From contig SFGJ01000003.1 in NCBI GenBank assembly GCA_004557655.1, positions 18,421 to 82,420 on the forward strand: 64,000 nucleotides of DNA, read 5' to 3'. This stretch comes from Clostridiales bacterium. GTDB taxonomy: Bacteria > Bacillota > Clostridia > Oscillospirales > Oscillospiraceae. A model generated the notes under the pieces. The model ran no database searches, was not told the origin of the DNA, and saw only the letters and a list, made by a program, of their open reading frames with translations. The position numbers were made by a program, and so were the translations under genes. This document shows, one piece after another, positions 28,680 to 36,632 of this stretch (position 1 is its first letter; each line of letters begins with the position of its first letter).

Positions 28680-28695
28680 TGTTTCACATGAAACA
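28680..28695. other. parS centromere-like site 3 (TGTTTCACATGAAACA)
   Basis: Identical to site 2; sits in the 32-nt spo0J-serS spacer immediately before the serS RBS. Confidence 0.8.
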
Positions 28696-28709
28696 GAGAG
28701 GATAAAAGC

Positions 28710-30032
28710 ATGCTGGACATTAAATTTGTACGGGAAAACCCGGATTTGGTTAAAGAGAACATCCGCAAGAAATTCCAGAACGCCAAGCTGCCCCTGGTGG
28801 ATGAGGCCATTGCTCTGGACTCTGAGCGCCGCCAGGCCATTGCCGACGGCGAGGCGCTGAAGGCCGAGCGCAACAAGCTGTCCAAGGCCAACGGCCCCCT
28901 ATGCGGCCAATTGAAAAAGTGCTCTGACGAGGCGCAGAAAGCCGCGCTGCAGGCGCAGATCGACGCCAACAACGCCGCCGTCAAGGCCAGCGCCGAGCGC
29001 ATGGCCCAGTTGGAGGCAAAAAAAGAACATGCCGAGGCCGCACTGAACAAGATCATGCTGGTCATCCCCCAGATCATTGACCCCGCCGTGCCCATCGGCA
29101 AGGACGACAGCTGCAATGTGGAGGTGGAGCGCTTCGGCGAGGCAAAGGCCGCCGGCTTTGAGATCCCCTACCACACGGATATTATGGAGCGGTTCGACGG
29201 CATCGATATGGACGCTGCAGGCCGCGTGTCCGGCAGCGGGTTTTACTATCTGCTGGGCGACATCGCCCGGATGCACGAGGCCGTGCTGGCCTATGGCCGG
29301 GACTTTATGATCGGCAAGGGCTTCACCTACTGCATCCCACCCTTCATGATCCACGGCAACGTGGTGGAGGGCGTTATGAGCCAGACGGATATGGACGGCA
29401 TGATGTATAAGATCGAGGGAGAGGATCTCTACCTCATTGGCACCAGCGAGCATTCTATGATCGGCCGCTACATCGACCAGATCCTGCCGGAATCTGCCCT
29501 GCCCCAGACCCTCACCTCCTACTCTCCCTGCTTCCGCAAGGAGAAAGGCGCCCACGGCATCGAGGAGCGCGGCATCTACCGGATCCATCAGTTCGAAAAG
29601 CAGGAGATGATCGTGGTCTGCAAGCCCGAGGAGAGCAAGGACTGGTACGAAAAACTGTGGCGCTACAGCGTGGAGCTGTTCCGCTCTCTGGATATTCCCG
29701 TGCGGCAGTTGGAATGCTGCTCCGGCGACCTGGCGGATCTCAAGTGCCGCTCCTGCGACATTGAGGCGTGGTCTCCCCGGCAGCAGAAGTATTTCGAGGT
29801 CTGCTCCTGCTCCAATCTGGGCGACGCCCAGGCCCGCCGCCTGAAGATCCGTTACAAGGACGAGAGCGGCCGGATGCAGCTTTGCCACACCCTGAACAAC
29901 ACCTGCGTGGCGCCTCCCCGAATGCTCATAGCCCTGCTGGAGAACAACCTGCAGCCCGACGGCAGCGTGCTGATCCCCAAGGCTCTGCAGCCCTACATGG
30001 GCGGCACGGAACGACTGGTACCCAAGCACTAA
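28710..30032 (+). CDS. serS: Serine--tRNA ligase
   Basis: N-terminal coiled-coil arm starting MLDIKFVRENP; class II core (FRKE, HQFEK). Confidence 0.9.
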   Translation: MLDIKFVRENPDLVKENIRKKFQNAKLPLVDEAIALDSERRQAIADGEALKAERNKLSKANGPLCGQLKKCSDEAQKAALQAQIDANNAAVKASAERMAQLEAKKEHAEAALNKIMLVIPQIIDPAVPIGKDDSCNVEVERFGEAKAAGFEIPYHTDIMERFDGIDMDAAGRVSGSGFYYLLGDIARMHEAVLAYGRDFMIGKGFTYCIPPFMIHGNVVEGVMSQTDMDGMMYKIEGEDLYLIGTSEHSMIGRYIDQILPESALPQTLTSYSPCFRKEKGAHGIEERGIYRIHQFEKQEMIVVCKPEESKDWYEKLWRYSVELFRSLDIPVRQLECCSGDLADLKCRSCDIEAWSPRQQKYFEVCSCSNLGDAQARRLKIRYKDESGRMQLCHTLNNTCVAPPRMLIALLENNLQPDGSVLIPKALQPYMGGTERLVPKH

Positions 30033-30062
30033 AGGATATAATTTTCAACGGGGAGAATTATT

Positions 30063-30488
30063 ATGAAAAAGTTCATGCACGAGTTTAAGGAATTTGCTAT
30101 GCGCGGCAATGTGCTGGACATGGCGGTAGGTGTTATTCTGGGCGGCGCATTCGGTAAGATCACCACCTCTCTGGTGAATGATGTATTCATGCCCCTCATC
30201 GGCACACTCATCGGCGGCGTGGATCTGGGCAAGCTGAACATCGTGCTCAAGGACGCCGTGATGAACGGCGAGGAGATTGTTGCCCCGGCCGTCACTCTGG
30301 GTATCGGCACCTTCCTCACCACCGTTATCGACTTTATTCTGGTGGCCTTTGTGATCTTCCTGATGATCAAGACCATCAACCGCTTCCACAAAAAGAAGGA
30401 AGAAGATCCCAAGCCCGAAGAGCCGAAAGGCCCCACCACCGAGGAGCTGCTCACGGAGATCCGTGACCTGCTGAAGGAGCAAAAATAA
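30063..30488 (+). CDS. mscL: Large-conductance mechanosensitive channel
   Basis: [26 protein letters not shown] signature; 141 aa. Confidence 0.95.
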   Translation: MKKFMHEFKEFAMRGNVLDMAVGVILGGAFGKITTSLVNDVFMPLIGTLIGGVDLGKLNIVLKDAVMNGEEIVAPAVTLGIGTFLTTVIDFILVAFVIFLMIKTINRFHKKKEEDPKPEEPKGPTTEELLTEIRDLLKEQK

Positions 30489-30490
30489 TT

Positions 30491-31189
30491 TTGGAAACCA
30501 TTTTAAAAGAAGGTCTGTCCTCTTTGGGCCTTGACACGGGGAAAATTCCGCAGCTTATGGAGTTTTCCCGGCTTCTGCTGGAGAAGAATAAGGTCATGAA
30601 CCTCACCGCCATCACGGAGCCGGAGAATGTGGCCACGCTGCATCTGCTGGACTGCGCCTACCTTCTGACGCTGGCGGACTATGCGGGTAAAGCCGTGATA
30701 GATGTGGGCACAGGAGCCGGATTTCCGGGCATGCCCATGGGCATATTGCGCCGGGACTTCCCTCTGACCCTGCTGGACAGTCTGGGCAAGCGCATCGACT
30801 TCCTGCGGGAATCGGTGGCGATGCTGGGTCTGGAAAATATTTCCTGCATTCACGCCCGGGCGGAGGATTTCGCCGCGGGACATCGGGAAAGCTATGATGT
30901 GGCCGTGTCCCGGGCGGTTGCGGCGCTGCCCATGCTCTGCGAGCTGGCACTCCCGCTGGTAAAGTCAGGCGGATTGTTTCTGGCCATGAAGTCTGTGGAT
31001 TCGGATGACGAGATTGCAGCCGCCCGGGGCGCCATAGGGCAATTGGGTGGTAAGGTGGAGAGAATCCACGACTATACCGTGCCCTGCACCGAGGTAAAGC
31101 ACCGGGTAGTGATGATCCGGAAGGTGAGCCCTACCCCGGCGCAGTTCCCCCGGCCGTTTGCCAGGATCAAAAAATCACCTCTTAAATAA
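30491..31189 (+). CDS. rsmG: 16S rRNA (guanine527-N7)-methyltransferase RsmG
   Basis: NLTAI motif and SAM motif DVGTGAGFPG; TTG start. Confidence 0.88.
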   Translation: METILKEGLSSLGLDTGKIPQLMEFSRLLLEKNKVMNLTAITEPENVATLHLLDCAYLLTLADYAGKAVIDVGTGAGFPGMPMGILRRDFPLTLLDSLGKRIDFLRESVAMLGLENISCIHARAEDFAAGHRESYDVAVSRAVAALPMLCELALPLVKSGGLFLAMKSVDSDDEIAAARGAIGQLGGKVERIHDYTVPCTEVKHRVVMIRKVSPTPAQFPRPFARIKKSPLK

Positions 31190-31198
31190 GGAGGCACA

Positions 31199-31936
31199 AT
31201 GGGCAAGATCATTGCCGTGGTGTCCGGCAAAGGAGGCACCGGAAAAACTACATTTACCGCCAACATAGGTTTCGCCCTGGCCTCCATGGGCAAAAGAGTC
31301 CTGTGTCTGGACTGCGACATTACGTTGCGGAATCTGGACCTGGCTCTGGGGCTCAGCGACAGCGCACTGATGGATTTTTCCGATGTGCTGTCGGACCGGT
31401 GCACCTTGGAGGAGGCGGTGGTGAGCCATCACAAATACCCCTCCCTGTTTCTGCTGGCGGCGCCGCTGGCCTTCGGCAGCTTTACGGTGGACCGGGAGCA
31501 GGTAAAGGACCTTATGGAGCAGATCAAGGAAAGCTTTGACTTTTGTCTGGTAGACGCCCCGGCGGGTCTGGGGCAGGGCTTCCGCATGGCCACCCAGGAG
31601 GCGGATCATGTAGTGGTGGTCACCACCACGGATGTCACCGCCCTGCGGGACGCCCAACGGACTGTGATGGAGCTGGATCGCTTCCCCATGGGACAGGTGC
31701 ATTTGGTGGTGAACCGGGTGGCAAAGAAGCTCATGAAGCAGCTTCACACCACCATCGACGACGCCATGGACGCTGCCGGCCTGCCCCTGTTGGGCGTGGT
31801 GCCGGAGGATCCGGACATCCCGCGGTGCCTGAATCAGGGCATACCCCTGCGGGACGATAATTTCTACGCCGCCCGAGCCTATTACAACATAGCAAGACGC
31901 ATCGCAGGGTCCAAGGCCCCGCTGATGAAGCTATAA
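31199..31936 (+). CDS. MinD-like ParA-family ATPase without an obvious C-terminal membrane-targeting helix
   Basis: IAVVSGKGGTGKTT deviant Walker A, DCDITLRNLDL and GVVPED motifs as in MinD. 245 aa, ends ..AGSKAPLMKL. Confidence 0.8.
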   Translation: MGKIIAVVSGKGGTGKTTFTANIGFALASMGKRVLCLDCDITLRNLDLALGLSDSALMDFSDVLSDRCTLEEAVVSHHKYPSLFLLAAPLAFGSFTVDREQVKDLMEQIKESFDFCLVDAPAGLGQGFRMATQEADHVVVVTTTDVTALRDAQRTVMELDRFPMGQVHLVVNRVAKKLMKQLHTTIDDAMDAAGLPLLGVVPEDPDIPRCLNQGIPLRDDNFYAARAYYNIARRIAGSKAPLMKL

Positions 31937-31962
31937 GCATAGATAGAAAGGAGAGCGCAACA

Positions 31963-32379
31963 ATGAATATCGCACTCATCGCTCACAATAACCGGAAGGA
32001 ACTCATGGTCCAGTTTTGCACCGCTTACTGCGGCATTTTGGCCAAGCACACCCTCTGCGCCACCGCTACCACGGGGCAAATGGTGGCCGAGGCCACGGGC
32101 CTGACCATCCACCGCTTCATGAGCTTTTATCACGGCGGCGGACAGCAGATCGGCGCACGCATCGCGTACAACGAGCTGGACATGGTGCTGTGCTTTGACG
32201 ACCCAAACTCCAAGACTCCCTCTGACGACATCTTATATATCTACCGCCTGTGTGACAAGAACAACATCCCCTACGCCAGCAACATCGCCACGGCGGAAAT
32301 GCTGGTGCTGGGCCTGGCCCGGGGCGATCTGGATTGGCGCGAGGTAATCAATCCCAAAAGTAATCCCTTCACCGCTTGA
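31963..32379 (+). CDS. Methylglyoxal synthase-like domain protein (probably non-catalytic)
   Basis: MGS fold signature IALIAH..K, ATGTTG-like ATATTG, GGxQQIGA. Positions aligning to E. coli Asp71 and His98 are Gly and Ser. Confidence 0.75.
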   Translation: MNIALIAHNNRKELMVQFCTAYCGILAKHTLCATATTGQMVAEATGLTIHRFMSFYHGGGQQIGARIAYNELDMVLCFDDPNSKTPSDDILYIYRLCDKNNIPYASNIATAEMLVLGLARGDLDWREVINPKSNPFTA

Positions 32380-32404
32380 CATTTCCCCCACAATAGACTA
32401 AAAT
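32376..32404 (+). promoter_or_regulatory. Sigma-A promoter of the hisS-aspS leader
   Basis: TTGACA-17 nt-TAAAAT. Confidence 0.65.
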
Positions 32405-32409
32405 AATGT

Positions 32410-32652
32410 GAAATACCGCGATAACGGAGCAGGAGTAGCCCTATCCCTGCCGGAGCAGAGAGGTGCGCCATCGGCTGAAAGCGCACTGCGGCACACAGCG
32501 CGAAGACAGCCCCAGCAGCGGGGATGGAAACATCCACGGCCCGCTCCCCGTACCAGGAGCACAAAAGGGTCCCCTTTTCCGGGGCCGAAATTGGGTGGCA
32601 CCACGAAGCTGCACGCTCTCGTCCCAATGCATGGGATGGGAGCGCTTTTTGT
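32410..32652 (+). promoter_or_regulatory. T-box leader of hisS-aspS (probable His CAC specifier)
   Basis: GCGATAACGGAGCAGGAGTAG stem I start and CAGAGAG box, with cacac at 32492-32496. T-box AAATTGGGTGGCACCACGAAG at 32588-32608; terminator hairpin plus TTTTTG at 32614-32652. Confidence 0.8.
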
Positions 32653-32691
32653 TTCCGTCAATCGAAAATCATCATAAAGGAGAACACGAAC

Positions 32692-34050
32692 ATGGCAAAA
32701 ATGACGCCCCGCACTCTCTCGGGCTTTATGGAGCTGCTGCCCCAGCCGCAGCAGCAGATGGAGCGGATGATGGAGATTTTGCGTCAGACCTATTCCCTCT
32801 ACGGCTTCACCCCGCTGGACACCCCCGTCATCGAGGCCAGCGAGGTGCTGCTTGCCAAGGGCGGCGGCGAAACCGAGAAGCAGATCTACCGTTTTCAGAA
32901 GGGCGACGCGGACCTGGCCCTGCGCTTTGACCTGACAGTGCCTCTGGCCAAGTATGTGGCCCTCCACGGCGGCGAGCTGTCCTTCCCCTTCCGCCGCTAC
33001 CAGATCGGCAAGGTCTACCGGGGTGAGCGTGCCCAGCGGGGCCGCTTCCGGGAGTTCTATCAGGCGGATATCGACGTCATAGGCGACGGCAAGCTGGACA
33101 TCACCAACGAGGCGGAGATCCCCTCTATCATCTACCAGACCTTCACCCGTCTGGGGCTGAAGCGGTTCCAGATTCGGGTAAATAACCGCAAGATACTCAA
33201 CGGTTTTTACGCCATGCTGGGCCTCACGGAGCAGTCCGGGGACATCATGCGAACTGTGGACAAGCTGGATAAGATCGGCGCAGACAAGGTGCGCCAGCTT
33301 CTGCTTTCCGATTGCGGCCTGACCGATGCCCAGGCTGAGGAAATTCTCAAATTCATTGCCATCACCGGTGAAAACCGCCAGGTGCTGGCGGCACTGGGGG
33401 GCTACACCGGACGGAGCGATTTGTTTGACCAGGGTCTTTCCGAACTGAACACCGTGGTGAAGTATCTGGCCGATTTCGGCGTGCCGGAGGAGTATTTCGC
33501 CGTGGATCTGACCATCGCAAGGGGTTTGGATTACTACACCGGCACCGTGTATGAGACCACCCTGCTGGATCACCCGGAGATCGGCTCCGTGTGCTCCGGC
33601 GGCCGCTACGACAATCTGGCGGAATACTACACCGACCGGCAGCTCCCCGGCGTGGGTATCTCCATCGGGCTGACGAGGCTGTTCTATGTGCTAGGCGAGC
33701 AGGGCATGCTGAACCCCGACCTACCCACCGCTCCGGCCGATGTGCTGGTGATCCCCATGACGGAGGATCTGGCCCCGGCCATCTCTTTGTCCACCAAGTT
33801 GCGCGCAGCGGGCATCCGCACCCAGCTTTACACCGAGCAGAAGAAGTTCAAGGCCAAGATGAGTTACGCCGACAGGCTGGGCGTGCCCTATGTGATCTTC
33901 CTGGGGGATGACGAGATCGCAGCCGGGCTTGTGGCCTGCAAGGATATGACCAGCGGCGAGCAGACCAAGCTGAGCGCCGACGACACGCTTGCCCTGATCC
34001 GCAAGGGCATCGATGAGAAGAACAGCGGCAAGGTGATCGTGGAAAAGTAA
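32692..34050 (+). CDS. hisS: Histidine--tRNA ligase
   Basis: 452 aa with class II HisRS motifs (YRFQKGDADLALRFDLTVPLAKY; FRRYQIGKVYRGERAQRGRFREFYQ). ATG 32692 after AAAGGAG. Confidence 0.93.
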   Translation: MAKMTPRTLSGFMELLPQPQQQMERMMEILRQTYSLYGFTPLDTPVIEASEVLLAKGGGETEKQIYRFQKGDADLALRFDLTVPLAKYVALHGGELSFPFRRYQIGKVYRGERAQRGRFREFYQADIDVIGDGKLDITNEAEIPSIIYQTFTRLGLKRFQIRVNNRKILNGFYAMLGLTEQSGDIMRTVDKLDKIGADKVRQLLLSDCGLTDAQAEEILKFIAITGENRQVLAALGGYTGRSDLFDQGLSELNTVVKYLADFGVPEEYFAVDLTIARGLDYYTGTVYETTLLDHPEIGSVCSGGRYDNLAEYYTDRQLPGVGISIGLTRLFYVLGEQGMLNPDLPTAPADVLVIPMTEDLAPAISLSTKLRAAGIRTQLYTEQKKFKAKMSYADRLGVPYVIFLGDDEIAAGLVACKDMTSGEQTKLSADDTLALIRKGIDEKNSGKVIVEK

Positions 34051-34108
34051 TTCCGATTTGTAATATTTCAAATAATTTATACGATTCTTTATCAAAAAGG
34101 AGTGTTTT

Positions 34109-35884
34109 ATGATGATGCAAATGCGTACACACACCTGCAACGCCCTTCGTCTGGCCGATGTGGGCAAGAGCGTGAAAATCGTGGGCTGGATGGAGAATGT
34201 CCGGGAGGTGGGCAGCAATCTGGCCTTTGTGGTCCTGCGGGACTTCTACGGCACCACCCAGGTGGTGGCCGAGACTGAGGATATGCTGGCCATCATCAAG
34301 GGGCTGAACAAGGAGTCCACCATCAGCGTGGAGGGTGTGGTCCGGGAGCGGGCCAGCAAGAATCCCAAGCAGGCCACCGGCGAGATCGAGGTGGTGCCCA
34401 ATAAAATCGAGATTCTGGGCCGCTGCCGCTACAACAGCCTGCCCTTTGAGATCAACCGCAGCCGGGAGGCCGACGAGACCGCCCGCCTGAAGTATCGCTA
34501 TCTGGATCTGCGCAACCCCGCCGTGAAGAAGAACATCATTCTGCGCTGCCAGGTGGTGGCGGCGCTCCGGGCCGCCATGACCGAGCACGGCTTCCTGGAG
34601 ATCACCACCCCCATCCTCACCGCCTCCTCCCCGGAGGGCGCCCGGGACTACCTGGTGCCCGCCCGGAAGCACCCCGGCAAGTTCTACGCCCTGCCCCAGG
34701 CCCCCCAGCAGTTCAAGCAGCTGCTGATGACCTCCGGCTTTGACCGCTATTTCCAGATCGCCCCCTGCTTCCGGGATGAGGACGCCCGGGGCGACCGCTC
34801 CCCCGGCGAATTCTATCAGCTGGACATGGAGATGGCCTTTGCCACCCAGGACGATGTGTTCGCCGTGCTGGAGGATGTGCTGCCCCCGATTTTTGCCAAG
34901 TTCGGCACCTACAGCGTGGCCTCCTCCGCCCCCTTCCGCCGCATCCCCTACCTGGAGTCTATGGAAACCTACGGCTCCGACAAGCCCGACCTGCGCATTG
35001 ATTTGACCTGCAAAAATGTTACCAAGCTCTTTGAAAACAGCGACTTTGACGCCCTCAAGGGTCAGACCGTGAAGATGGTGGACATCACCGACTGCTCCCT
35101 CACCCGCAAGCAGATCGAAAAGCTCCTCACCGACTGCCAGGTGCAGTCCGGCAGCAAGGGATACTGGTTCAAGGTGGATGAAAACGGCGAGATCGCCGGC
35201 GGCATCGGCAAGTTCGTCGCCCCGGTGAAGGAGGAGCTTGCCAAGGTGCTGGCTCTCAAGCCCAACACCCTGGTGGTGGTTGCCGCCGGTGAAAGCGCCA
35301 CCAAGAGCGTGGGCGTGATGATCAAGACCTTCGGCGCTGCCTGCGAGGGCCATATGGATAAGGAACGCTACGAATTCTGCTGGATCGTGGACTTCCCCAT
35401 GTACGAGATCGGCGACGAGAGCGGCGAGCTGGAATTCTGCCACAACCCCTTCTCCATGCCCAGCGGCGGCATGGAGACCCTGCTGAAGGCGGAGCGGGGC
35501 GAGATCGATCCGCTGGACATCATGGCCAACCAGTACGACCTGGTGTGCAACGGCGTGGAGCTGTCCTCCGGCGCCGTGCGTAACCACGATCCCGAAATTA
35601 TGATCAAGGCCTTTGAGATGGTGCGTCTGGGTGAGGAGGATGTAAAGAAGAAATTCCCCGCCATGTATAACGCCTTCTGCTACGGCGCACCTCCCCACGC
35701 CGGCATTGCCCCGGGCGTGGACCGCATGGTAATGCTGCTGGCGGGCGAAAGCTCCATCCGCGAGATCATCCCCTTCCCCATGAACAAGAACGCCCAGGAC
35801 ATCATGATGGACGCACCTTCCGCTGTCGAGCAAAAACAGCTTGATGAGCTGCATATTGCCCTGGTGGGTCAGCTGGAAGAGTAA
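34109..35884 (+). CDS. aspS: Aspartate--tRNA ligase
   Basis: 591 aa: OB-fold N-terminus, FYALPQAPQQFKQLLM, GGIGKF insertion domain, class II motif 3 GAPPHAGIAPGVDR. Confidence 0.95.
   Translation: MMMQMRTHTCNALRLADVGKSVKIVGWMENVREVGSNLAFVVLRDFYGTTQVVAETEDMLAIIKGLNKESTISVEGVVRERASKNPKQATGEIEVVPNKIEILGRCRYNSLPFEINRSREADETARLKYRYLDLRNPAVKKNIILRCQVVAALRAAMTEHGFLEITTPILTASSPEGARDYLVPARKHPGKFYALPQAPQQFKQLLMTSGFDRYFQIAPCFRDEDARGDRSPGEFYQLDMEMAFATQDDVFAVLEDVLPPIFAKFGTYSVASSAPFRRIPYLESMETYGSDKPDLRIDLTCKNVTKLFENSDFDALKGQTVKMVDITDCSLTRKQIEKLLTDCQVQSGSKGYWFKVDENGEIAGGIGKFVAPVKEELAKVLALKPNTLVVVAAGESATKSVGVMIKTFGAACEGHMDKERYEFCWIVDFPMYEIGDESGELEFCHNPFSMPSGGMETLLKAERGEIDPLDIMANQYDLVCNGVELSSGAVRNHDPEIMIKAFEMVRLGEEDVKKKFPAMYNAFCYGAPPHAGIAPGVDRMVMLLAGESSIREIIPFPMNKNAQDIMMDAPSAVEQKQLDELHIALVGQLEE
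35834..35884 (+). repeat. Direct repeat copy 1 = functional aspS 3' end (KQLDELHIALVGQLEE*)
   Basis: 47/51 identical to 36039-36089; all 4 differences are synonymous third-codon positions. Confidence 0.9.
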
Positions 35885-36038
35885 GCTCTCCGCAATCGCA
35901 GTTTTCCCTGCTGCTTTTGCTCCACAACAAGCGTTTTGCGCAGCAAAACCTTGCCGCAGGCGGAATTCACTTCCGCCGAGGATTGAAATTTGTGCCAGGG
36001 CCCCCACAAAATGCCCCGTCATTTTGTGGGGAGTGAAG

Positions 36039-36089
36039 AAGCAGCTGGACGAGCTGCATATTGCCCTGGTGGGTCAGCTGGAGGAGTAA
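36039..36089 (+). repeat. Direct repeat copy 2 = displaced aspS 3' end, followed by a terminator
   Basis: Encodes the same 16 aa plus stop as the real aspS end. Confidence 0.9.
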
Positions 36090-36116
36090 TTTTTCCCCAG
36101 CAACGGAAAATTTATA

Positions 36117-36144
36117 AGAGGTGGCCACCCGGCCACCTCTTTTT
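36117..36144 (+). terminator. Rho-independent terminator downstream of the duplicated aspS end
   Basis: AGAGGTGGCC-ACCC-GGCCACCTCT followed by TTTT. Confidence 0.8.
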
Positions 36145-36166
36145 GAGGGGATGAGGGAATAAATGC

Positions 36167-36193
36167 GTAGGGGCGGGGCTCTGCCCCGCCCGG
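36167..36193. repeat. GC-rich palindromic intergenic repeat, GTAGGGGCGG family
   Basis: GTAGGGGCGGGGCTCTGCCCCGCCCGG; self-complementary core. Confidence 0.7.
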
Positions 36194-36316
36194 CACAAAA
36201 GCCTTCCTTGCCTAAAGGGGGCCATGGGGACGGGGAAACGGATTGCCACACCAGTGACATCGGTCACTGGTTCGCAATGACGGGGTTTTTTCATGAGTTG
36301 CGGTGCAAGTCCGGAC

Positions 36317-36343
36317 GGCGGGGTGAGGGCACCCCGCCCTACA
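36317..36343. repeat. GTAGGGCGGGG-family repeat, inverted orientation
   Basis: Reverse complement reads TGTAGGGCGGGGTGCCCTCACCCCGCC; forms an inverted pair with 36355-36383. Confidence 0.7.
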
Positions 36344-36354
36344 ACCACACACTT

Positions 36355-36383
36355 TGTAGGGCGGGGCCCGTGTGCCCCGCCGG
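36355..36383. repeat. GTAGGGCGGGG-family repeat
   Basis: TGTAGGGCGGGGCCCGTGTGCCCCGCCGG. Confidence 0.7.
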
Positions 36384-36405
36384 GGGTGCGGTGGAAAACC
36401 GATTC

Positions 36406-36433
36406 GGGTCGTCCGGGAGGCCGACCCCTACGC
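36406..36433. repeat. GCGTAGGGGTCRGCCTCCCGGACGACCC-family repeat, inverted copy
   Basis: 27/28 identical to the reverse complement of 49316-49343. Confidence 0.75.
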
Positions 36434-36455
36434 TCCATTCAACGATAGAGCTTCA

Positions 36456-36478
36456 TAGGGGCGGACGACCCTGCCCCG
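36456..36478. repeat. 23-nt direct repeat TAGGGGCGGACGACCCTGCCCCG, left copy
   Basis: Exact copy at 37383-37405; the pair brackets the lipoprotein gene. Confidence 0.85.
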
Positions 36479-36632
36479 ACAAAAGAAGCGGAAGGCCGCT
36501 CCTGTGGGTAAATATCGGCAAACTCCTCGTAAGCGGTAGGGCGTTGACAGTGATGGCATTTTATGCTATTCTGAAATCAGAATCTATTGGGGCACCGCAC
36601 ACAGTTTAAGCTTGGAAAAGGGAGATATGAGA

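Noticed and set aside
35834-36089. The duplicated aspS end as a diversity-generating retroelement VR/TR pair.
   Set aside because: The repeat is only 51 bp. The four differences are not adenine-specific (A/G, T/G, T/C, A/G) and all are synonymous. There is no reverse transcriptase nearby.
35841-36089. Track ORF of 82 aa running through the aspS insert and ending in the second KQLDELHIALVGQLEE copy.
   Set aside because: It starts out of frame inside aspS, has no RBS, and its middle is low-complexity read-through of hairpin DNA. Its open frame is most simply a by-product of the duplication.
36150-36500. A CRISPR array or tRNA/ncRNA gene cluster as the explanation for the repeat-rich region.
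   Set aside because: The repeats are heterogeneous in sequence, orientation and spacing, so they do not form a regular repeat-spacer array. No tRNA cloverleaf signatures (no GTTCGAATC-type T-arm) were seen anywhere in the window.
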